Assembly (NCBI RefSeq): GCF_009834535.1
Contig: NC_045697.1
Span: forward strand, 120,158,001 to 120,222,000
Reading direction: 5' to 3'
Length of the DNA: 64,000 nt
Source: Camelus ferus
Lineage: Eukaryota
The notes beneath the pieces are model-generated. The model saw only the letters and a list, made by a program, of their open reading frames with translations. It did no database searches and was not told where the DNA came from. The first letter of the stretch is position 1; each line of letters begins with the position of its first letter. Of this stretch, positions 1-12,930 are shown piece after piece. The position numbers were made by a program, and so were the translations under genes.

Positions 1-220
1 CACACACTCAAAAATCCGGAACATGGCTTTGCTTGGCGGAGGTATGGAGACCAACACCACAAGATCCCTGGGGGCACAGTTACTCTCTGTTTGGGAGAAT
101 TCCGCTATTTACCTCTACAGTCAATTTCTGGGAAATCCTGGCTACTTGGCTTTCCAGACGAACCCCCAGATTCCCTCGCAGCCCGACCTGTAAAACACTC
201 AGAGATTATAAGCTAGTGGT

Positions 221-3200
221 TCTATTGGAACCAAGGCACTGCAGACCGTTGTAGGAAGCTCCGCACACGCAGGATAACAGAACATTTATTTGTGTCTTAA
301 TGAAATGCTAAAAACTGCACACAAGTTTCAGGGGGTACAGGTTTTCCTATGTTGGGGTAGGGCAGATTATTCCCATTAATGCCCATGGGGTGGTAATCGC
401 TCCTGCTTAGATTTCCATCCCATCCCCCAGTTTCCATTGCAACCCAATCAGAGAAAACAGTCAGGAAATTTAGCTAAAGTTTCTATTAGAACCAAGAGGA
501 TGCTGACAGTTGTAGAAACTTCCCCATACACAGGGTAACAGAACACTTCTTTGTGTGTGTGATTGAGTAGGAAAACACACTCCATGCATGTTTTTGGGGT
601 GCAGGTGTAACCAGGCTGTGAGTCGTTGGCTAATTATCTCCACAGCCCATGGGGAGGCACTCTGTTTTTCTTCATTTTCCAGCCCTACTCCCAGCTTTCA
701 ATTGCAGCCCGGGTTAGGAAAAGACCCTGGGATGATATACTAAGTGGTTCTATCAGAACCCCGGCCCTGCTCTCTGTTGGAGGGACCTCCACACACACAG
801 GATTAACAAACACGTCTTTGCTTGGGAGAATTGTGAAGCCCCACTCCACACACATGGCTGATGGCCCAAGTTTTTCCCTGTTAGGTAGAAGTCCGCTAAT
901 TACCTCTACATACGATCGTGGGGCACTCGCTTCTACTTGGATTTCCATCCCAACCCCCAGGATTCCCTTGCAGCCCGGCCTGGGGAATAACAGTGTGAAA
1001 AGAATCTACTGGTGTTATTAGAACACATGCGCTGATGACAATTGTGGAATCCTTCGAACACTCATGATAACTGAGCACATCTTTCTGTGTGGGATGGAGT
1101 AGTAAAACACACTCCAGGCATTTTTCTGGGGATCCAGGTTTTCCCAGGTTGGGAGACGTCACCTAGATTCCTTCAATGCCCATGTTGATGCATTGACTTC
1201 TTCTTCGTTTTCAAGCCCAACTCCCAACTTTCCCTTGCATCCCGGTCTAGGATTATACCCAGGGATGACAGTCTAAGTGATTTTATCAGAGCTAAGATGC
1301 TGCTGTATTTTTTAATAACTTCCAGAAACTTAGGATTCTGGATCACGTCTATGCTTGGGGGTAGCTTTGGAGACCCACACCACAGAGATGGCTTGGGGCA
1401 CAGGATTTTCCCTGTTAGTTAGACGTCCACTAATTACCTCCACAGTGCATCTCGGGTCACTCGCTGCTACATGGCTTTCCAGCGCAAGCGCAGCATTCCC
1501 TCGCAGGCCGGCCTGGGAAAACAATAAGGGATAATAATCCAGTGGTTCTATTGGAACCCAGGTGCTACAGAACCGTGTAGGATACTCCCCACACCAAGGA
1601 AAATAGAACACTTCTTGGTGTGTCTCATGCAGTTTCGTAAAAATACTCCACGCGTGTTTCAGGGGTTAAGGTGTTGCTAGTTAGTGGGAGTTCGGATAAT
1701 TCCCTCCAATGCCCATGGGGAGGCACTCGCTCCTGCTTGGATTTCCAGCCCAACCCCCAGCTGTCCCTCTCAGCCCGGCCTGGGAAAACACTCAGGGATA
1801 ATATGCTATTGGTTTAATTGGAACCCAGTCGCTACCTAACGTTGTAGGCTCCTTCCGACATCTGGGATAACAGAAGAAATCATTGTGGGTCTGATGGAGA
1901 TGGGTAAACAAACTCCATGCATGTTTCAGGGGGCACAGGTGTTCCAAGGATGTGGGACGTCGGAAAATTACCTCAAATTCTCATGGGGAATATCTCACTG
2001 CTACTACGAAATTCAGCCAAACCCACAGCTTTACCTCGCAGCTAGGCGTGTGAAAACTCTCACGGAAAAGAAAATACTGGTTCTATTAGAACCCAGGCGC
2101 TGCTGATATTTGTAGAATCCTCCCCACACTCAGGATAGCAGAACACACCTTTGTGTGTGTGATGGTGTAGAAAAATACACTCCAGGCATATTTCTGGGGG
2201 TACAGCTGTTCCCAGGTTTGGAGATGTCGCCTAATTAACTCCACTGCCAATGGGGAGGCAATCTATACTTCTTCGCTTTGCAGACCATCTCCCAAATTTC
2301 CCTTACAGCCCGGCCTAAGAAAACACCTAGTGATGAAAATATTCGTGATTCTATGAGAAAACCTCGCTGCTGCCTTTTGGAGGTCCAACGCAATCTCAAA
2401 ATTCTGGAACATGGCTTTGCTTGGTGGAGGTGTGGAGACGAACACCACAAGATTCCTGGGGGCACATTTCTCTCTCTCTGGGAGAAGTCTGCTTATTACC
2501 TCTACAGTCAATCTCTGGGCACTCGTTGCTACTTGGCTTTCAAGGCGAACCCCAAGGGTTCCCTCACAGCCCGCCCAGATAAACACTCAGAGATTATAAG
2601 TTAATGGTTCTATTGGTACTCAAGCACTGCAGGCCGTTGTAGGAACCTCCGCACATGCAGGATAACAGAAAAATTTTTTTGTGTCTCATTGAGATGGTAA
2701 AAGCTCCACGCATGTTTCAGGGTGTACTGGTATTCCTAGGTTGTGGGAGGTCAGATACATCCCACTACAGCCCATGGGGAAGTACTCGCTCCTGCTTGGC
2801 TTTCCTGCCCATCCCCCATTTTCCTTTTCAACCCAGTCTGAGAAAACAATCAGGAAATGTAGCTAAAGTTTCTACCAGTGCCCTGGAGCTGCAGTCTGTT
2901 GTAGGAACTTCAACACACACAGGATTCCCAAACACGGCTTTGCTTGGAAGGGTTTTGAAGCCCCAATCCACAAACTTGGCTGGGGGCAGAACTTATTCCC
3001 TGTTAGGTAGAAGTCCGTAAATTAGCTCTACAGTCCTTCTCGGGCACCCGCCGCTACTTGGAATTCCAGCCCAACCCGCATTTTTCCCTTGCAGCCTGGC
3101 CTGGGTTAACACAGAAGGAAAAGAAGCTATTGGTGCTATTTGAACCCATGCCCTGCTGAAAATTGTGGAAACCTTCGAACACTCAGGATAACAGAACATA

Positions 3201-6200
3201 TCGTTCTGTGTGTGACGGAGTAGGAAAACACACTCCAGGCATGTTTCTTAGGGTACAGCTTTTCCCAGGATGGGAGAGGACGCCTAATTAACTCCGCTTC
3301 CAATGTGGAGGCACACTATACTTCTTCGCTTTCAAGACCAACTCCCAGCTTTCCTTTGAAGCCGGCCTAAGGAAACACCTATGGATGACAATATTAGCGA
3401 TTCTATCAGAACCCCCTCTCTGCTGACTGTTGGAGGTACAACACACACTCAAAATTCCGGAACATGGCTTTGCTTGGTGGAGGTATGGAGACCAACACCA
3501 CAATATGCCTGGGGGCACAGTTTCTCTCTGTCTGGGGGAAGTACGCTCATTAACTCTATAGTCAATATCTGGGCAATCCTGGCTACTAGGCTTTCTAGCC
3601 GAACCCCCAGTTTCCCTTGCAGCCCGCCCGGGAACAAACTCAGAGATTATAAGCTAGTGGTTGTATTGGAACCCAGGCACTGCAGATCGTTGTAGGAAGC
3701 TCCGCACACGCAGGATAACAGAATACATTTTGTGTCTGATTGAGATGGTAAAATTCCACGCATGTTTCAGGGGGTACAGGTTTTCCTAGGTTGGGGGAGG
3801 TCAGATTATTCCCATTAATGCCCATGGGGACGTAATCGCTCCTGCTTGGATTTCCATCCCATCCCCCAGTTTCCCTTGCAACCCAGTCAGAGAAAACAGT
3901 CAGGAAATATAGCTAAAGTTTCTATTAGAACACAGGCGCTGCTGACAGATGTAAAAACCTCCCCATACACAGGGTAACAGAACACTTCTTGGTGTGAGAT
4001 GGAGTAGGAATACACAGTACATGCATGTATCTGTGGTGCAGGTGTAACCATTTTGGGAGACGTTGGCTTAGTATCTCCACAGCCCATGGGGATGCACTCA
4101 GTTTTCTTCGATTTCCAGCCCTACTCCCAGCATTCCCTTGAAGCCCGGGTTAGGAAAACACTCAGGAATCACAAACTAACTCATACTATCAGAACCAGTG
4201 CGCTGCTGTATGTGTGGAGGAACCTTCAAACACTCAGGATTCCGGAACTCGGATTTGCTTGGTGCGAATTGTGAAGCCCCACAGCACACTCAATCCTGGG
4301 GCCCAAGATTTTCCCTTTTAGGGCCAAGTCCGCTAATTACCTCCATAGTCCATCTCTGGGTACTCACTGCTACTTGGATTCCCAGCCCAACCCCCATGTT
4401 TCCCTTGCAGCCCAGCCTGGGGTAATACAGAGGGAAAAGAAGCTATTGGTGCTATTCGAACCTATGCCCTGCTGACAAATGTGGAAACCTTCGAACACTC
4501 AGGATAACAGAACATATCTTTCTGTGTGTGATGGTGTAGGAAAACACACTCCAGGCATTTTTATGGGGATCCAGGTTTTCCCAGGTTGGGAGATGTCGTC
4601 TTGATTCCTTCAGTGTCCATGGGGTGGCACTGTCTTCTTCTTCCTTTTCAAGCCCAACTCCCAGGTTTCCCTTGCAGCACGGACAAGTGAAACACCCATG
4701 GAAAACAAATAAGTGATTCTATCAGAACCCCGGCCTTGCTGTCTGTTGGAGGATCCTCCAAAGCTTCAGTATTCTGGAACACGTCTTTTAGTGTGGGGAG
4801 TTGTGGAACCCCAATCCACGCAGATGGATGGGGTCACAGATATGTCCCTGTTAGGGAGAAGTCCGCTAATTACCTCCACAGTGAATCTTGGGGCACTCGC
4901 TTCTTCTTAGATTTTCACTCTATCCCCCAATTTTCACTCGCAGCCCTGCCTTGTAAAACACTCAGTGATAATAAGCTATGTTTCTATTGGAACCCTGGTG
5001 CTGCAGACAATTGTAGGTACCTCCCCACAATCAGAATAACAGAACACTAATTTGAGTGTCTCATTTAGATGGGTAAACTAAATTCACGCATGTTTCAGTT
5101 TGTATAGGAGTTCCTAGGTTGTGGGAGGTCGGATATTTACATCCACTGTCCATGGGGAGTCCCTTGCAGTTGCTTGGATTCCAGCCCAACCCCCAGCATT
5201 CCCTCACATCCCGGCCTGTGGAAACACTCAGGGAAATTAAGCTACATTTTCTATTAGAACTAACGCGCTCCTGATATTTGTAGAAACCTCCCTACACTAA
5301 GGAAACAGAACACACATTTGTGTGTGTGATGGAGTAAGAAAACACAGTAAGGCATGTCTATGGGGTGCAGGTTTTCGCAGGTTGTGAAATGTTGGCTAAT
5401 TACCTCCACTGCCCATGGGGAAGAACTCTCTTCTTCTTCGATATCCAGCCCTAATCCTAGCATTCCCTTGCAGCCCGACCGTGGAAAACACCCAGGGATG
5501 ACAAACTAAATCATTCTATCATAACCAGCGCGCTGCTGTAAGTTGGAGGAACGTCCAAACTCTCAGGTTTCCGAACACGGATTTGCTTGGTGCGAATTGT
5601 GAAGCCCCACAGCACACTCATTGCTGGGGCCCAAGATTTTCCCTTTTCGGGCCAAGTCCTCTAATTACCTGCATAGTCCATCTCGGGGCACTCGCTTCTA
5701 CTTGGATTTCCAGCCCTAACCCATGCTTTCCCTTGCAGCCCGACCTGGGAAAACACACAGGGAAAATACGTTATTGGTTGTAATGGAACCCAGTCTCTAC
5801 CTACCGTTTTAGGTAACTTCCCACAACTAGGATAAAAGAATAAACATTTGTGTGTCTGATGGAGATGGGTAAACAAACTCCAAGCATATAACGGGGTCCT
5901 TAGGTGTTCCAAGGCTGTGGGACGTCGGAAAATTACCTCAAATTCTCATGGGGAGTGTCTCACTGCTGCAACGAAATTCAGCCAAACCCACAGATTTACC
6001 TCGCAGCCAGGCCTGTGAAAACACTCATGGAAAACAAAATACTTGTGCTAGTAGAAACAAGGCACTGCTGAAACTTGTAGAATCCTCCCCACACTCAGGA
6101 TATCAGAAGAAATTTTTGTGTGTGTGATGGTGTAGGAAAATACACTCCAGGCATGTTTCTGGGGGTACAGCTGTTCCCAGGTTTGGAGATGTCGCCTAAT

Positions 6201-6574
6201 TAACTCCAATTCCAATGGGGAGGCACTCTATACTTCTTCACATTCCAGACCAACTCCCTGCTTTCCTTTGAAGCCCGGCCTAAGAAAACACCTAGGGATG
6301 ACAATATTATTGATTCTATCAGAACCTCCGCTCTGCTGCCTTTTGGATGTACAACACACACTCAAAATTCCGGAACATGTATTTGCTTGGTGGTGGATTT
6401 GAGACCAACACCACAAGATGCCTGGGGGCACAGTTTCTCTCTGTTTGGGAGAATTCCGCTAATTACCTCTACAGTCAATTTCTGAGCAATCCTGGCTACT
6501 TGGCTTTCCAGACGAACCCCCAGATTCCCTCGCATCCCGACCTGTAAAACACTTAGAGATTATAAGCTAGTGGT
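221..6574. repeat. 24-monomer HOR, young copy 1 (6354 bp = 13-mer 221-3661 + 11-mer 3662-6574)
   Basis: There are 24 anchor intervals between 221 and 6575. ORF-track peptides repeat at +6354 (626/6980, 1885/8239, 2655/9009). Confidence 0.95.
4746..4761. other. Perfect 16-bp palindrome TTGGAGGATCCTCCAA (also at 11102-11117, 21709-21724, 27013-27028; 18 bp at 16404-16421)
   Basis: Read directly from the sequence; it equals its own reverse complement and contains a BamHI site. Confidence 0.9.
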
Positions 6575-9500
6575 TCTATTGGAACCAAGGCACTGCAGAC
6601 CGTTGTAGGAAGCTCTGCACACGCAGGATAACAGAACATTTTTTTGTGTCTTAATGAAATGCTAAAAACTGCACACAAGTTTCAGGGGGTACAGGTTTTC
6701 CTATGTTGGGGTAGGGCAGATTATTCCCATTAATGCCCATGGGGTGGTAATCGCTCCTGCTTAGATTTCCATCCCATCCCCCAGTTTCCCTTGCAACCCA
6801 ATCAGAGAAAACAGTCAGGAAATTTAGCTAAAGTTTCTATTAGAACCAAGAGGATGCTGACAGTTGTAGAAACTTCCCCATACACAGGGTAACAGAACAC
6901 TTCTTTGTGTGTGTGATTGAGTAGGAAAACACACTCCATGCATGTTTTTGGGGTGCAGGTGTAACCAGGCTGTGAGTCGTTGGCTAATTATCTCCACAGC
7001 CCATGGGGAGGCACTCTGTTTTTCTTCATTTTCCAGCCCTACTCCCAGCTTTCAATTGCAGCCCGGGTTAGGAAAAGACCCTGGGATGATATACTAAGTG
7101 ATTCTATCAGAACCCCGGCCCTGCTCTCTGTTGGAGGGACCTCCACACACACAGGATTAACAAACACGTCTTTGCTTGGGAGAATTGTGAAGCCCCACTC
7201 CACACACATGGCTGATGGCCCAAGTTTTTCCCTGTTAGGTAGAAGTCCGCTAATTACCTCTACATACGATCGTGGGGCACTCGCTTCTACTTGGATTTCC
7301 ATCCCAACCCCAAGGATTCCCTTGCAGCCCGGACTGGGGAATAACAGAGTGAAAAGAATCTACTGGTGTTATTAGAACACATGCGCTGCTGACAATTGTG
7401 GAATCCTTCGAACACTCATGATAACTGAGCACATCTTTCTGTGTGGGATGGAGTAGTAAAACACACTCCAGGCATTTTTCTGGCGATCCAGGTTTTCCCA
7501 GGTTGGGAGACGTCACCTAGATTCCTTCAATGCCCATGTTGATGCATTGACTTCTTCTTCGTTTTCAAGCCCAACTCCCAACTTTCCCTTGCATCCCGGT
7601 CTAGGATTATACCCAGGGATGACAGTCTAAGTGATTTTATCAGAGCTAAGATGCTGCTGTATTTTTTAATAACTTCCAGAAACTTAGGATTCTGGATCAC
7701 GTCTATGCTTGGGGGTAGCTTTGGAGACCCACACCACAGAGATGGCTTGGGGCACAGGATTTTCCCTGTTAGTTAGACGTCCACTAATTACCTCCACAGT
7801 GCATCTCGGGTCACTCGCTGCTACATGGCTTTCCAGCGCAAGCGCAGCATTACCTCGCAGGCCGGCCTGGGAAAACAATAAGGGATAATAAGCCAGTGGT
7901 TCTATTGGAACCCAGGTGCTACAGAACAGTGTAGGATACTCCCCACACCAAGGAAAATAGAACACTTCTTGGTGTGTCTCATGCAGTTTCGTAAAAATAC
8001 TCCACGCGTGTTTCAGGGGTTAAGGTGTTGCTAGTTAGTGGGAGTTCGGATAATTCCCTCCAATGCCCATGGGGAGGCACTCGCTCCTGCTTGGATTTCC
8101 AGCCCAACCCCCAGCTGTCCCTCTCAGCCCGGCCTGGGAAAACACTCAGGGATAATATGCTATTGGTTTAATTGGAACCCAGTCGCTACCTAACGTTGTA
8201 GGCTCCTTCCGACATCTGGGATAACAGAAGAAATCATTGTGGGTCTGATGGAGATGGGTAAACAAACTCCATGCATGTTTCAGGGGGCACAGGTGTTCCA
8301 AGGATGTGGGACGTCGGAAAATTACCTCAAATTCTCATGGGGAATATCTCACTGCTACTACGAAATTCAGCCAAACCCACAGCTTTACCTCGCAGCTAGG
8401 CGTGTGAAAACTCTCACGGAAAAGAAAATACTGGTTCTATTAGAACCCAGGCGCTGCTGATATTTGTAGAATCCTCCCCACACTCAGGATAGCAGAACAC
8501 ACCTTTGTGTGTGTGATGGTGTAGAAAAATACACTCCAGGCATATTTCTGGGGGTACAGCTGTTCCCAGGTTTGGAGATGTCGCCTAATTACCTCCACTG
8601 CCAATGGGGAGGCAATCTATACTTCTTCGCTTTGCAGACCATCTCCCAAATTTCCCTTACAGCCCGGCCTAAGAAAACACCTAGTGATGAAAATATTAGT
8701 GATTCTATGAGAAAACCTCACTGCTGCCTTTTGGAGGTACAACGCAATCTCAAAATTCTGGAACATGGCTTTGCTTGGTGGAGGTGTGGAGACGAACACC
8801 ACAAGATTCCTGGGGGCACATTTCTCTCTCTCTGGGAGAAGTCTGCTTATTACCTCTACAGTCAATCTCTGGGCACTCGTTGCTGCTTTGCTTTCAAGCC
8901 GAACCCCAAGGTTTCCCTCGCAGCCGGCCCTGATAAACACTCAGAGATAATAAGTTAATGGTTCTATTGGTACTCAAGCACTGCAGGCCGTTGTAGGAAC
9001 CTCCGCACATGCAGGATAACAGAAAAAATTTTTTGTGTCTCATTGAGATGGTAAAAGCTCCACGCATGTTTCAGGGTGTACTGGTATTCCTAGGTTGTGG
9101 GAGGTCAGATACATCCCACTACAGCCCATGGGGAAGTACTCGCTCCTGCTTGGCTTTCCTGCCCATCCCCCATTTTCCTTTTCAACCCAGTCTGAGAAAA
9201 CAATCAGGAAATGTAGCTAAAGTTTCTACCAGTGCCCTGGAGCTGCAGTCTGTTGTAGGAACTTCAACACACACAGGATTCCCAAACACGGCTTTGCTTG
9301 GAAGGGTTTTGAAGCCCCAATCCACAAACTTGGCTGGGGGCAGAACTTATTCCCTGTTAGGTAGAAGTCCGTAAATTAGCTCTACAGTCCTTCTCGGGCA
9401 CCCGCCGCTACTTGGAATTCCAGCCCAACCCGCATTTTTCCCTTGCAGCCTGGCCTGGGTTAACACAGAAGGAAAAGAAGCTATTGGTGCTATTTGAACC

Positions 9501-12500
9501 CATGCCCTGCTGAAAATTGTGGAAACCTTCGAACACTCAGGATAACAGAACATATCGTTCTGTGTGTGACGGAGTAGGAAAACACACTCCAGGCATGTTT
9601 CTTAGGGTACAGCTTTTCCCAGGATGGGAGAGGACGCCTAATTAACTCCGCTTCCAATGTGGAGGCACACTATACTTCTTCGCTTTCAAGACCAACTCCC
9701 AGGTTTCCTTTGAAGCCGGCCTAAGGAAACACCTATGGATGACAATATTAGCGATTCTATCAGAACCCCCTCTCTGCTGACTGTTGGAGGTACAACACAC
9801 ACTCAAAATTCCGGAACATGGCTTTGCTTGGTGGAGGTATGGAGACCAACACCACAATATGCCTGGGGGCACAGTTTCTCTCTGTCTGGGGGAAGTACGC
9901 TCATTAACTCTATAGTCAATATCTGGGCAATCCTGGCTACTAGGCTTTCTAGCCGAACCCCCAGTTTCCCTTGCAGCCCACCCGGGAACACACTCAGAGA
10001 TTATAAGCTAGTGGTTGTATTGGAACCCAGGCACTGCAGATCGTTGTAGGAAGCTCCGCACACGCAGGATAACAGAATACATTTTTGTGTCTGATTGAGA
10101 TGGTAAAAATTCCACGCATGTTTCAGGGGGTACAGGTTTTCCTAGGTTGGGGGAGGTCAGATTATTCCCATTAATGCCCATGGGGACGTAATCGCTCCTG
10201 CTTGGATTTCCATCCCATCCCCCAGTTTCCCTTGCAACCCAGTCAGAGAAAACAGTCAGGAAATATAGCTAAAATTTCTATTAGAACACAGGCGCTGCTG
10301 ACAGATGTAAAAACCTCCCCATACACAGGGTAACAGAACACTTCTTGGTGTGAGATGGAGTAGGAATACACAGTACATGCATGTATCTGTGGTGCAGGTG
10401 TAACCATTTTGGGAGACGTTGGCTTAGTATCTCCACAGCCCATGGGGATGCACTCAGTTTTCTTCGATTTCCAGCCCTACTCCCAGCATTCCCTTGAAGC
10501 CCGGGTTAGGAAAACACTCAGGAATCACAAACTAACTCATACTATCAGAACCAGTGCGCTGCTGTATGTGTGGAGGAACCTTCAAACACTCAGGATTCCG
10601 GAACTCGGATTTGCTTGGTGCGAATTGTGAAGCCCCACAGCACACTCAATCCTGGGGCCCAAGATTTTCCCTTTTAGGGCCAAGTCCGCTAATTACCTCC
10701 ATAGTCCATCTCTGGGTACTCACTGCTACTTGGATTCCCAGCCCAACCCCCATGTTTCCCTTGCAGCCCAGCCTGGGGTAATACAGAGGGAAAAGAAGCT
10801 ATTGGTGCTATTCGAACCTATGCCCTGCTGACAAATGTGGAAACCTTCGAACACTCAGGATAACAGAACATATCTTTCTGTGTGTGATGGTGTAGGAAAA
10901 CACACTCCAGGCATTTTTATGGGGATCCAGGTTTTCCCAGGTTGGGAGATGTCGTCTTGATTCCTTCAGTGTCCATGGGGTGGCACTGTCTTCTTCTTCC
11001 TTTTCAAGCCCAACTCCCAGGTTTCCCTTGCAGCACGGACAAGTGAAACACCCATGGAAAACAAATAAGTGATTCTATCAGAACCCCGGCCTTGCTGTCT
11101 GTTGGAGGATCCTCCAAAGCTTCAGTATTCTGGAACACGTCTTTTAGTGTGGGGAGTTGTGGAACCCCAATCCACGCAGATGGATGGGGTCACAGATATG
11201 TCCCTGTTAGGGAGAAGTCCGCTAATTACCTCCACAGTGAATCTTGGGGCACTCGCTTCTTCTTAGATTTTCACTCTATCCCCCAATTTTCACTCGCAGC
11301 CCTGCCTTGTAAAACACTCAGTGATAATAAGCTATGTTTCTATTGGAACCCTGGTGCTGCAGACAATTGTAGGTACCTCCCCACAATCAGAATAACAGAA
11401 CACTAATTTGAGTGTCTCATTTAGATGGGTAAACTAAATTCACGCATGTTTCAGTTTGTATAGGAGTTCCTAGGTTGTGGGAGGTCGGATATTTACATCC
11501 ACTGTCCATGGGGAGTCCCTTGCAGTTGCTTGGATTCCAGCCCAACCCCCAGCATTCCCTCACATCCCGGCCTGTGGAAACACTCAGGGAAATTAAGCTA
11601 CATTTTCTATTAGAACTAACGCGCTCCTGATATTTGTAGAAACCTCCCTACACTAAGGAAACAGAACACACATTTGTGTGTGTGATGGAGTAAGAAAACA
11701 CAGTAAGGCATGTCTATGGGGTGCAGGTTTTCGCAGGTTATGAAATGTTGGCTAATTACCTCCACTGCCCATGGGGAAGAACTCTCTTCTTCTTCGATAT
11801 CCAGCCCTAATCCTAGCATTCCCTTGCAGCCCGACCGTGGAAAACACCCAGGGATGACAAACTAAATCATTCTATCATAACCAGCGCGCTGCTGTAAGTT
11901 GGAGGAACGTCCAAACTCTCAGGTTTCCGAACACGGATTTGCTTGGTGCGAATTGTGAAGCCCCACAGCACACTCATTGCTGGGGCCCAAGATTTTCCCT
12001 TTTCGGGCCAAGTCCTCTAATTACCTGCATAGTCCATCTCGGGGCACTCGCTTCTACTTGGATTTCCAGCCCTAACCCATGCTTTCCCTTGCAGCCCGAC
12101 CTGGGAAAACACACAGGGAAAATACGTTATTGGTTGTAATGGAACCCAGTCTCTACCTACCGTTTTAGGTAACTTCCCACAACTAGGATAAAAGAATAAA
12201 CATTTGTGTGTCTGATGGAGATGGGTAAACAAACTCCAAGCATATAACGGGGTCCTTAGGTGTTCCAAGGCTGTGGGACGTCGGAAAATTACCTCAAATT
12301 CTCATGGGGAGTGTCTCACTGCTGCAACGAAATTCAGCCAAACCCACAGATTTACCTCGCATCCAGGCCTGTGAAAACACTCATGGAAAACAAAATACTT
12401 GTGCTAGTAGAAACAAGGCACTGCTGAAACTTGTAGAATCCTCCCCACACTCAGGATATCAGAAGAAATTTTTGTGTGTGTGATGGTGTAGGAAAATACA

Positions 12501-12930
12501 CTCCAGGCATGTTTCTGGGGGTACAGCTGTTCCCAGGTTTGGAGATGTCGCCTAATTACCTCCACTTCCAATGGGGAGGCACTCTATACTTCTTCACATT
12601 CCAGACCAACTCCCTGCTTTCCTTTGAAGCCCGGCCTAAGAAAACACCTAGGGATGACAATATTATTGATTCTATCAGAACCTCCGCTCTGCTGCCTGTT
12701 GGATGTACAACACACACTCAAAATTCCGGAACATGTCTTTGCTTGGTGGTGGATTTGAGACCAACACCACAAGATGCCTGGGGGCACAGTTTCTCTCTGT
12801 TTGGGAGAATTCCGCTAATTACCTCTACAGTCAATTTCTGGGCAATCCTGGCTACTTGGCTTTCCAGACGAACCCCCAGATTCCCTCGCATCCCGACCTG
12901 TAAAACACTTAGAGATTATAAGCTAGTGGT
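6575..12930. repeat. 24-monomer HOR, young copy 2 (6356 bp), roughly 99% identical to copy 1 by eye
   Basis: Near base-for-base match to 221-6574. ORFs 4053/10409, 4736/11092 and 5661/12017 translate identically. Confidence 0.95.

Noticed and set aside
708..722. CENP-B-box-like reverse-strand match cccgggttaggaaaa (recurs in several class II tails)
   Set aside because: It matches only 7 of the 9 core positions of CCCGnnTnnnnCGAA and lacks the essential CG of TTCG. I found no canonical box by eye; a regex scan should confirm this.
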